A stretch of 35,557 nt of DNA from Pirellulaceae bacterium (GTDB lineage Bacteria > Planctomycetota > Planctomycetia > Pirellulales > Pirellulaceae), in assembly GCA_041599835.1 (NCBI GenBank), contig JBFILF010000001.1:1-35557 (forward strand). Direction: 5' to 3'. The first letter of the stretch is position 1. Each line of letters starts with the position of its first letter. The notes below the pieces were generated by a model, which saw only the letters and a list, made by a program, of their open reading frames with translations, was not told the origin of the DNA and searched no databases. Made by a program: the position numbers and the translations under genes. Of the stretch, positions 27,248 through 34,528 are shown piece after piece.

Positions 27248-28960
27248 GTGGAAAACACACGCGTCGGCCCGTTTCTCGTCGGCCAAAAACTGGGAGCGCA
27301 TCGCCGCCATCAGGTTTATCGTGCGCAACAAGTGGAGCAACAGCGGGACGTGGCTCTCAAGTTCATTTCGCTTCCGCCCGACGCGGATTGGCAACGTGCG
27401 TTGGCTAAGATCAATCACGAAGTCAAAATCCTGCGTCAGCTCAAGCACGAGAACCTGGTGCAGCTGTACGGTGCGGGCGTGGAAGGCGAAAAGATTTTTT
27501 TCGCGCACGAATTGATCGACGGCGAATCATTGTCGGCGTTTCTGGCACGGCGCCGCCAACTGGCGCCGGACCTGGCGATCGATTATGGCCGCCAGATCGC
27601 ACGGGCGCTGGAGTACCTGCATCAGAATGAAATCATCCATTCCAAGCTGACGACCGATAAAATTCTGATCGAATCCAGTGGCCGGATTAAAGTCGCCGAC
27701 TTGCGCCTGAATCGTTCTCGAAAACGGCGGTGGGACGCGGCGCGGCGGGCGCAACTGGAAACGGCCGCTTACCTGGCTCCGGAGCAGTTGCTGGAAAACG
27801 GAGCCACGCAAAAGTCGGATCTCTATTCGCTGGGCGTCATTCTGTATGAAATGCTGACTGGCCGGTTGCCGTTTGAACCGGAGACGATGTTGCAACTGAC
27901 CCGCGCCAAACAGAACGATACGCCGCCGAGCGTCAGTAGCCGCGTGATGAATTGTCCCGGTTGGTTGGACCGCCTGGTCACGCAATTGCTGGATCCGGAG
28001 CCAAAGAAGCGGCCGCATAGTGCGCGGGCCGTCGTGTTGGCTTTGGAGCAGATTCGCAGCATCGAACAGGGCAAGAAAACCGCGGTTGAAGAAATGACGC
28101 GGGGCTTCACGGCGCTGACGGCCGGGGCCGATAAAGCCGAAGCCAGACGTTTGCTGGGCATCAAAAAGGAAAAAAAACCGCGCGGTCCGCTGATGGAAAG
28201 CACCCCATTCTTGATCGCTGGGCTGGCGGCGATTGCCTTGCTGTTTGCCGTGTTTACATTCTGGCCCGTCAATCGAGTCTCGTTAATGGAGCAAGCTACC
28301 GCGCTGTTGCAGTCGGAGGATCCTCGCGATTGGCAACGGGCACGGTCTTTGTGCAAACGGGTGATGAATTCAAGTTCCGACATCACTCAAATCATGGCGG
28401 CCGAAGATTTGTACTTTGAGTCACGTCGCCGCTCATTGATGCGGCGGATGAAAACCGGTTTGGTGGGACTGGAGTCCCCCAATGTGAGAAAATTCTATCT
28501 GGCCTACCAAAGTCAGGAAGAAGGAGACTGGGACGAGTCGCTGACGCTGTTTGGCGAACTGGTCAAGACGACGGAAGACCAAGAGGATCAGCGGCACATT
28601 TACGACGAATCCAAGCAGCGTTTTGAATTGTTACGAGCGGCGAAACAGGACGCCGTTGCCCGGACAGAACAATTGCAGTCGGTATTGGCGGAAGCCGCGG
28701 AATTGGCCCAGGCCGGCAATGCCGATTCGGCGATCGAATTGTATCGTCAAGTCGTCGCCGATTGTTCCGAAAACGCTTTCTTGAAACCCTTGGTTGCCAA
28801 GGCCAAATCTCACTTGGAATTATTGGGTGCCGTCGACGATCCAACCTTGGCGTCGCCGCCCGAGGAAGCTGATCCAAATTCGCTGGAGGACGCCGAACAC
28901 GGACCACCGCAGAGCGGGCATTCATCCGAAAACGGTCGACCTCCGGAGTCGCGACTTTAA
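27248..28960 (+). CDS. Ser/Thr protein-kinase-fold membrane protein with degenerate catalytic motifs (predicted pseudokinase) and a C-terminal helical-repeat domain
   Basis: The kinase fold is recognisable: VALKFI, HEVKILRQLKHENLV, YLAPEQ and SDLYSLGVILYEMLTGRLPF. However HRD is HSK (27638-27646), DFG is DLR (27698-27706), and the Gly loop is LGAHRRHQV. A TM segment FLIAGLAAIALLFAVFTFW is followed by a TPR-like tail. GTG start. Confidence 0.85.
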   Translation: MENTRVGPFLVGQKLGAHRRHQVYRAQQVEQQRDVALKFISLPPDADWQRALAKINHEVKILRQLKHENLVQLYGAGVEGEKIFFAHELIDGESLSAFLARRRQLAPDLAIDYGRQIARALEYLHQNEIIHSKLTTDKILIESSGRIKVADLRLNRSRKRRWDAARRAQLETAAYLAPEQLLENGATQKSDLYSLGVILYEMLTGRLPFEPETMLQLTRAKQNDTPPSVSSRVMNCPGWLDRLVTQLLDPEPKKRPHSARAVVLALEQIRSIEQGKKTAVEEMTRGFTALTAGADKAEARRLLGIKKEKKPRGPLMESTPFLIAGLAAIALLFAVFTFWPVNRVSLMEQATALLQSEDPRDWQRARSLCKRVMNSSSDITQIMAAEDLYFESRRRSLMRRMKTGLVGLESPNVRKFYLAYQSQEEGDWDESLTLFGELVKTTEDQEDQRHIYDESKQRFELLRAAKQDAVARTEQLQSVLAEAAELAQAGNADSAIELYRQVVADCSENAFLKPLVAKAKSHLELLGAVDDPTLASPPEEADPNSLEDAEHGPPQSGHSSENGRPPESRL

Positions 28961-28980
28961 CGCACCCTTTCGCCTGTGGC

Positions 28981-29193
28981 TCAATCCTTGACCAGCAGCA
29001 CGTTCACTGCTTTGGCGATCACGCGCACTTGATCGCCCGGTTGGAGCTTCATGGCGTCCACAGATTCTTTGGTCATTACCGACGAGAGAACGAACTCGCC
29101 CTGCACGCGGACTTTGGCTTGGCTCATGACGCCGCCATCCGATTTGACTTCGACCACCTCTCCGACCAGATCGTTTCGTGCACCATGCTGCAT
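28981..29193 (-). CDS. Molybdopterin/molybdate-binding TOBE (Mop/molbindin) single-domain protein
   Basis: MQHGARNDLVGEVVEVKSDGGVMSQAKVRVQGEFVLSSVMTKESVDAMKLQPGDQVRVIAKAVNVLLVKD matches the about 70-aa Mop pattern (ARN.L.G.V........v.v......l...it..s...l.l..G..v...iKa..v.l). An alternative ATG lies at 29205. The longer ORF extending to 29442 was rejected. Confidence 0.8.
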   Translation of the reverse strand: MQHGARNDLVGEVVEVKSDGGVMSQAKVRVQGEFVLSSVMTKESVDAMKLQPGDQVRVIAKAVNVLLVKD

Positions 29194-29411
29194 GGAGGGC
29201 TCCATTTTGTTAGGCGTTATAATACGGCTGAATTGGGAAACTGGTTTATACGATGTTCGGCTCTGTCCGGATACTGGGGTGGGGTGGGAAGAACTGCTTA
29301 TGTGATCTTTATTTGGTTGCCAGGAAATTTGTTTGAAACAGTCCAATCGATTACTTACAATTCCGACTCGGCGAAGCGTTGTTTTACGAAATTTAGATAC
29401 GGGGAATAACC

Positions 29412-30206
29412 ATGACGAAGGTTGTCGGTTTGTTGTGCGCACTGGCGCTGTTATCGGGCACCACTTTGGCGCAAGAAGAGTTGGAAAAAAAATTGGCCGG
29501 TGATTGGAGTTTTGTTTCGGGTAAAAAGGCTGGAGTCGAGTCGCAAACGGAAGCGTTGGCGGCGACCGTTACCATCAAGGACGGCACGTTTATTTTGCCG
29601 GTGGGCCCCGACATGACCTTTGTGATGAGTTTCAAGTTAGATACGGCGGAAAATCCGGCGCATATCGACATGGAAATCAAGGAAGGACCGGCCCCTGAGG
29701 GCCAGGCCGTAGGCATCATCAAGTTCAAAGACGGCAAACTGATGCTGTGCTATAACGCCAGCGGCGGTGAACGGCCCACCGAGTTTTCATCGACGGAAGA
29801 AAACGGCAACTTCCTGTTCGAACTAAAAAAGTCGGCATCAAAATTCGACGCGGAAAAGTTGATTGGAAACTGGAATTACGTTTCCGGCAAGCGAGCCGGT
29901 GACGACGTGAATGAGCAGAGTCTGTCGCTCCCTGTCAGTATTTCCAAAGACGAGTTCACGGTACCGGCAGGACCTGAAGAGACTTTTGCCATGGCCTACA
30001 AGATTGATTCCAAACATACGCCGGTCCATATCGATTTGGAAATCAAGGAAGGCCCGGCCGATGGCAAAGCGCTGGGGATTATCAAAATCGAAGGCGACAA
30101 GTTTACGTTGTGCTATGATCCGGCCGGCGAGAACCGCCCCGAGAAATTTGAGTCGACCGCCGACAATGGATTTTTCCTGTTCGTGTTGGAACGCGGCAAG
30201 CAATGA
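29412..30206 (+). CDS. Secreted protein with two tandem TIGR03067-type (planctomycete-specific) domains
   Basis: Signal peptide MTKVVGLLCALALLSGTTLAQ. Two units of about 110 aa are present: GDWSFVSGKKAG...NPAHIDMEIKEGP..GIIKFKDGKLMLCYN..GERPTEFSS..NGNFLFELKK, and GNWNYVSGKRAG...TPVHIDLEIKEGP..GIIKIEGDKFTLCYD..ENRPEKFES..NGFFLFVLER. Confidence 0.85.
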   Translation: MTKVVGLLCALALLSGTTLAQEELEKKLAGDWSFVSGKKAGVESQTEALAATVTIKDGTFILPVGPDMTFVMSFKLDTAENPAHIDMEIKEGPAPEGQAVGIIKFKDGKLMLCYNASGGERPTEFSSTEENGNFLFELKKSASKFDAEKLIGNWNYVSGKRAGDDVNEQSLSLPVSISKDEFTVPAGPEETFAMAYKIDSKHTPVHIDLEIKEGPADGKALGIIKIEGDKFTLCYDPAGENRPEKFESTADNGFFLFVLERGKQ

Positions 30207-30246
30207 TGGAATACTTATAACGGTCTACGAATTCGGGATGTCATTG

Positions 30247-30284
30247 CAGCGTTGCCGGTTTGCTGCCGACAACGCTGATTTTTT
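30247..30284 (+). terminator. Rho-independent terminator after the TIGR03067 gene
   Basis: Stem cagcgttgccgg (30247-30258) pairs with ccgacaacgctg (30266-30277) with one mismatch. The loop is 7 nt, followed by a T6 run (30279-30284). Confidence 0.8.
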
Positions 30285-30309
30285 GTCTCTGGAATTGCTG
30301 GGGGAAAAG

Positions 30310-30870
30310 ATGTTGCGATTTGGTTTTGTTTTGATGACGGTCGTTGCCGTGTTGGCTGGCCTGGGATTCAAAGCGGCAAGTTGGTCCACTGTTGCAGCGC
30401 CAATTCAGGAAGATTATGACCAACGACTGGCGGATATGGGCCATCAGTTGCCGGAAGTTTCCCAACCGCTGGCTGTGTATCGTCGAGTGGTGGTTGTCAA
30501 CAACCTGGCATTTTTGTCGGGCCATATTCCCATCTCGGCAGACGGCAAGATCTTAACTGGAAAAGTCGGTGACGACGTCGCATTGGAACAAGCAAAAGCT
30601 GCCGCCGAGCGCACGGCCATAGGCATGCTGGCGTCGCTCAAGGCCGAACTGGGTACGCTGAATCGGGTCAAGCGATTGGTGCGTACGACCGGCATGGTCA
30701 ATTGCACTAGCGACTTTACCGATCAGTCATTGGTGATAAACGGCTGTAGCGAGCTGTTCAGGGATTTGTTTGGCGAAGAGAACGGCGTTGGCACGCGGGC
30801 CGCGGTGGGCATGGTTTCATTGCCCCGCGGCGCGATCCTTGAGATCCAGGCCATCTTTGAGCTGAACTAG
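30310..30870 (+). CDS. RidA/YjgF/L-PSP-family protein with an N-terminal hydrophobic signal-like segment
   Basis: LPEVSQPLAVYRRVVVVNNLAFLSGHIP...GKVGDDV..EQAKAAAE...VKRLVRTTGMVN...GTRAAVGMVSLPRGAILEIQAIFEL is RidA-like. The ATG at 30310 lies downstream of the terminator. The N-terminus is MLRFGFVLMTVVAVLAGLGF. Confidence 0.82.
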   Translation: MLRFGFVLMTVVAVLAGLGFKAASWSTVAAPIQEDYDQRLADMGHQLPEVSQPLAVYRRVVVVNNLAFLSGHIPISADGKILTGKVGDDVALEQAKAAAERTAIGMLASLKAELGTLNRVKRLVRTTGMVNCTSDFTDQSLVINGCSELFRDLFGEENGVGTRAAVGMVSLPRGAILEIQAIFELN

Positions 30871-30946
30871 GCCAGTGCATTGGTGCCGGAGGACGTGGCG
30901 GCTGCCCGGTGAAATTGTTGCTGGTGCCGCGGCAATAATTGCAATT

Positions 30947-30955
30947 TGATATAAT
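30947..30955 (+). promoter_or_regulatory. Extended -10 promoter element (TGaTATAAT) upstream of the tail-collar operon
   Basis: TG at 30947-30948 and consensus TATAAT at 30950-30955, about 92 nt upstream of the ATG at 31048. AGGAG at 31033-31037 precedes that start codon. Confidence 0.4.
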
Positions 30956-31047
30956 GTATGTTACAACGCGACCAAGTAATGGTTGGTGGGTAGGTACATC
31001 AATCCGGTTGGGCACATCGAGTTCCTTGATCCAGGAGCGAACGATTC

Positions 31048-31569
31048 ATGAGCAAGCCTGACAAACATTCTTCGCCTTTGTCGTTCCAATCTGCTGCGTC
31101 ATTGAATCTGGCCGACGCTGACGAAAAACATCCGAGTCGCCGTCGTTTTATCACGACGACATTGGCCGCCGGGGCCGTGGGAATTGTCGGAGGAAGTGGA
31201 ACACCTCACCGCACCGCAGCAAGCGATGCGCAAGTCAAGTGTTTAGTCGATCTGCAACTCGCGGATTTTGAGCCCTTGCTGGGGCAAAAGTTTACCATGT
31301 GCGGACCGTGTGGTGCCGCAACGGTTGGACGGACCGTCGTGAAGCTGGCGGGAGTCAACGACCTGTCCCATGAAAGTGATGTACGACGACCCGCGGAAAT
31401 CCGGGCGAGCAGTTTCATGTTGCGGTTTGAAGGGCCAGCTGGGGAAACGGTGGGAGCGGGGACGCATTTGTTTTCTCATCCCGAATTTGAACCGACAAGC
31501 ATATTCGTCAATCGCATGGCGGCCTCCGAAGATCCTCATCGCTGCTACTATGAAGTGGTATTCAACTAA
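31048..31569 (+). CDS. Tat-signal protein of unknown function (paralogue of the next gene)
   Basis: Consensus twin-arginine motif SRRRFITTTLAAGAVGIVGG. The C-terminal domain of about 110 aa (LQLADFEPLLGQKFTM...SFMLRFEGP...YYEVVFN) aligns with 31581..31925. Confidence 0.75.
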   Translation: MSKPDKHSSPLSFQSAASLNLADADEKHPSRRRFITTTLAAGAVGIVGGSGTPHRTAASDAQVKCLVDLQLADFEPLLGQKFTMCGPCGAATVGRTVVKLAGVNDLSHESDVRRPAEIRASSFMLRFEGPAGETVGAGTHLFSHPEFEPTSIFVNRMAASEDPHRCYYEVVFN

Positions 31570-31580
31570 CAGAACGTCTG

Positions 31581-31925
31581 ATGCCGATTGCCAAACCCAT
31601 GACCGACTCGCCTCAATTTCAGTTCGGGTATTTTGCCAGGCTGGTTGGCGAGGAATTCATCATTCGCCTGGGCGGTCGACGGCTGGGAGCATGTCAATTG
31701 GTTGAAGCCACACCAACGAATCGTGATGACAAGCTCGCCGAAACAACCGGCCAGTTTTCATTGATTTTTGTGGATCCCAACGCTTCGGTCGACCGCTATC
31801 TTCCGCAATCCATTTATCAATTGGAAAATCAAGCCACGGGAACATTGGATTTGTTTTTGGTGCCGATCGGAATAGGCAAGGACGGGACAGGAATTCAATA
31901 CGAATCAGTTTTCAACTCGCCGTAG
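31581..31925 (+). CDS. Small protein of unknown function, paralogue of the C-terminal domain of 31048..31569
   Basis: FQFGYFARLVGEEFII...QFSLIFVDP...IQYESVFN parallels the upstream protein. It has no signal peptide. The gap to the upstream gene is 11 nt. An alternative start lies at 31599. Confidence 0.7.
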   Translation: MPIAKPMTDSPQFQFGYFARLVGEEFIIRLGGRRLGACQLVEATPTNRDDKLAETTGQFSLIFVDPNASVDRYLPQSIYQLENQATGTLDLFLVPIGIGKDGTGIQYESVFNSP

Positions 31926-31998
31926 GAACACAAACTGCGAGTGGTGATGCGACGAAACTTACAACCAGTTGAGCAGCTGAATCGCTGGAGAAACACTC

Positions 31999-32496
31999 AT
32001 GGCAGAACCATTCCTGGCTGAGATAAAGATTTTTGGATTTGATTTCGCACCCCGGGGTTGGGCATCTTGCGACGGTCAGATTTTACCGATTAATCAAAAT
32101 CAATCGCTGTACTCATTGTTGGGAACCACTTACGGCGGGGACGGTCGAACTTCGTTTGCGCTGCCAGATTTGCGTGGCCGGGCACCCCTGCATCGAGGGC
32201 CGCAAAATTTGCTCGGACACAAGTCGGGATTGGAAGGCGTCGCGCTGACGTTAAATGAAATTCCCAATCACGATCACACCCTGCGGGCGTCGAATAGTGA
32301 TGGCGATGCACCGGCCCCGACCGGTCACGTACTGGCCGCATTTGCCAACGGTTATGGTGGGGCGTTGGCCTTAACCCAACCGTTGCCCGGAACGCTTGCC
32401 AATACGGGGGGCGGAGCCGCCCACAACAACATGCAACCGTTTCTGGCTCTGCGATTTTGTATTGCCCTAAATGGTGTATTTCCACCGCGAAACTGA
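31999..32496 (+). CDS. Phage-tail-collar-domain protein (MdpB/COG4675-like), paralogue 1
   Basis: MAEPFLAEIKIFGFDFAPRGWASCDGQILPINQNQSLYSLLGTTYGGDGRTSFALPDLRGRAP is a canonical tail-collar domain. Also present are an HxH motif (NHDHTL) and the C-terminal AHNNMQPFLALRFCIALNGVFPPR. GGAG lies 8 nt upstream. Confidence 0.9.
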   Translation: MAEPFLAEIKIFGFDFAPRGWASCDGQILPINQNQSLYSLLGTTYGGDGRTSFALPDLRGRAPLHRGPQNLLGHKSGLEGVALTLNEIPNHDHTLRASNSDGDAPAPTGHVLAAFANGYGGALALTQPLPGTLANTGGGAAHNNMQPFLALRFCIALNGVFPPRN

Positions 32497-32508
32497 GGAA
32501 CAAGCATC

Positions 32509-33027
32509 ATGGCCGAACCATTCATTGGTGAAATCCGAATGTTCGCTGGTAATTTCGCACCCCGTGGCTGGGCGTTATGCGACGGTCAACTTTTGGCCAT
32601 TTCTCAAAACGATGCCCTGTTCAGTTTGTTCGGCACCATCTATGGAGGAAACGGTCGAACCACATTTGCATTGCCCGACCTGCGCGGCCGCGTGCCGATC
32701 CATGCCGGCACCGGTCCGGGACTGAGCCCCCGGAGAATCGGCGCCAAAGCAGGAACGGAACAAGAAACACTGACAGTTAACCAGTTGCCCTCGCACACCC
32801 ACACGTTGCAGTTTGATTCCAGCGGGGGAACGCAAAATAACCCGGCAGGCGAGTTCTTGCGCGCCTCGCCTACGGTGCGTGTATTCCGGCCCCAGCCGCC
32901 GAACGTCGATTTGGGAGCAACATCCGTCACGTCGACTGGCGGCGTGCAGTCACATGAGAATTTGATGCCCTTTTTGTGTGTCAACTTCATCGTGGCGCTA
33001 ATCGGCATTTATCCTTCGCGTCCTTGA
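32509..33027 (+). CDS. Phage-tail-collar-domain protein (MdpB/COG4675-like), paralogue 2
   Basis: MAEPFIGEIRMFAGNFAPRGWALCDGQLLAISQNDALFSLFGTIYGGNGRTTFALPDLRGRVP, then SHTHTL, then SHENLMPFLCVNFIVALIGIYPSR. The GAGGA Shine-Dalgarno sequence overlaps the upstream stop codon. Confidence 0.9.
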   Translation: MAEPFIGEIRMFAGNFAPRGWALCDGQLLAISQNDALFSLFGTIYGGNGRTTFALPDLRGRVPIHAGTGPGLSPRRIGAKAGTEQETLTVNQLPSHTHTLQFDSSGGTQNNPAGEFLRASPTVRVFRPQPPNVDLGATSVTSTGGVQSHENLMPFLCVNFIVALIGIYPSRP

Positions 33028-33046
33028 TCCTTGCGGAGTTACCCAC

Positions 33047-33574
33047 ATGTCTGAACCATTTATCGCAGAAATTCGCATTTTCGCCGGTAACTTTGCTATT
33101 CGTAACTGGGCGTTCTGTGATGGTCAGTTACTGCCAATCGCGCAAAATACGGCTTTATTTTCATTAGTTGGGACAACCTACGGCGGTGATGGTAGAGTGT
33201 CATTTGGTCTTCCCGATCTTCGAGATCGGGTACCCATGCATCCCGGTCGCGGGCCCGGCTTGACTAATCGGCGACTAGGCCAAAGGGGCGGCACGAACCA
33301 AGTCACGTTGACCGAAGCGCAAATGCCATCGCATACCCATACGCTGCGGGCCAATACCGGAATCGCGACCGTTTTTGCTCCGGATACGACTCGAACCCTT
33401 GCGCGCAGTGTAGGGGGCAATGCATATCGTCAAAATATCAACCAGAATCTGGTGGATATGAACCACGATTCGATTTTGCCCGCCGGCAATGGCCAACCTC
33501 ACGAAAACCGACAGCCCTATTTGGCACTCACTTTTCTGATTGCCCTGGTAGGCATTTATCCGTCACGGGGTTGA
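33047..33574 (+). CDS. Phage-tail-collar-domain protein (MdpB/COG4675-like), paralogue 3
   Basis: MSEPFIAEIRIFAGNFAIRNWAFCDGQLLPIAQNTALFSLVGTTYGGDGRVSFGLPDLRDRVP, then SHTHTL, then PHENRQPYLALTFLIALVGIYPSR. GGAG lies 8 nt upstream. Confidence 0.9.
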   Translation: MSEPFIAEIRIFAGNFAIRNWAFCDGQLLPIAQNTALFSLVGTTYGGDGRVSFGLPDLRDRVPMHPGRGPGLTNRRLGQRGGTNQVTLTEAQMPSHTHTLRANTGIATVFAPDTTRTLARSVGGNAYRQNINQNLVDMNHDSILPAGNGQPHENRQPYLALTFLIALVGIYPSRG

Positions 33575-33667
33575 GCGACTGGGGCAGGCACAAGTGTTGG
33601 CAGGCAGACAGCGATTGACGTGTCAATGCGGTGCGCGAAACGGCACTCGATTTGTCAACGCGAACAG

Positions 33668-34144
33668 GTGGATTCATTGGTCAGCTATAGGGAAATCTCC
33701 GAAGATGATATGGAATTCCTTTATCAGGTTTACGCCAGCACGCGCGAACCCGAGATGAATATGACCAATTGGCCGGATGTTCAAAAAGAATCTTTTTTGC
33801 GCATGCAGTTTGCGGCTCAACACAAGTACTATCAGGAACAATTTCAACACGCGAGCTTTCAAGTCATCCTGCAAGACGGCAGGCCCATTGGCCGGTTGTA
33901 TGTCGATCGGCGAACCGACGAGCATCGAATTGTCGACATCGCCCTGATGCCGGCCTTCCGGGGCCAGGGTATCGGCGGGCAAATTCTTAATGAACTGCTT
34001 AGCGAGGCGGCAAAACTCGACAAGCCCGTACGGATACACGTGGAGCTCAACAATCCGGCATTGCGACTGTACCAACGTCTGGGCTTTTGCGAGATTGGCG
34101 ATGCCGGATTGTATTTGCTCATGGAATGGAAGCCACGGCGTTAA
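33668..34144 (+). CDS. GNAT-family N-acetyltransferase
   Basis: Acetyl-CoA binding core IVDIALMPAFRGQGIGGQILNELL...LRLYQRLGF, with N-terminal FLYQVYASTREPEM...FLRMQFAAQHKYY. The ORF opens at 33620. GTG at 33668 was chosen by typical N-terminal length, so the start is uncertain. Confidence 0.82.
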   Translation: MDSLVSYREISEDDMEFLYQVYASTREPEMNMTNWPDVQKESFLRMQFAAQHKYYQEQFQHASFQVILQDGRPIGRLYVDRRTDEHRIVDIALMPAFRGQGIGGQILNELLSEAAKLDKPVRIHVELNNPALRLYQRLGFCEIGDAGLYLLMEWKPRR

Positions 34145-34249
34145 CCTAGTGGCTGGGGAATGAAATCCAATCGGTCGAATCGGCCGTACAAATTCGGCGG
34201 AATGAAGACCAATCCGAATTCATGGGCGGGCACGGATTAGTTGAATTTC

Positions 34250-34278
34250 TTGACTTGGCAATCGACTTCAGATATCAT
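34250..34278 (+). promoter_or_regulatory. Candidate sigma70-type promoter
   Basis: TTGACT (34250-34255), an exact 17-nt spacer, then TATCAT (34273-34278). It would give a leader of about 245 nt before the ATG at 34529. Confidence 0.4.
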
Positions 34279-34528
34279 CACACCCACACCTGGAAATGGA
34301 AAAAATGCCAAGTTGTCGCTGCTCTGATTCCACCGCGTGATAACCGCCGCCATGAATTTCACACGGCCGCAACCAGTAAGTTGTTTGCATTCCATTTGCG
34401 TTGTCGGACAATCGGGGCGTCTGCTGAACAGCGGCAAAGCTCAGCCGTACGTGCTTTCATCGCGAATCAAATCTTCTGGCGTTTTTGTGAGTTCCCCTGC
34501 GCCCGCTTTATTGCCCTGAGGTACCGAT

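Noticed and set aside
28981-29442. 153-aa minus-strand ORF extending upstream of the Mop/TOBE domain.
   Set aside because: Only the C-terminal 70 aa match the molbindin pattern. The upstream part is low-complexity and overlaps the start of the divergent TIGR03067 gene.
29911-30309. Upstream part of ORF 29911..30870, which would give a 319-aa RidA fusion.
   Set aside because: It overlaps the TIGR03067 gene in another frame and reads straight through a strong rho-independent terminator (30247-30284). RidA homology begins only after 30310.
33614-33627. Inverted repeat attgac-gt-gtcaat in the gap before the GNAT gene.
   Set aside because: A 6-bp inverted repeat with a 2-nt spacer is expected several times by chance in this window. 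It has no supporting context.
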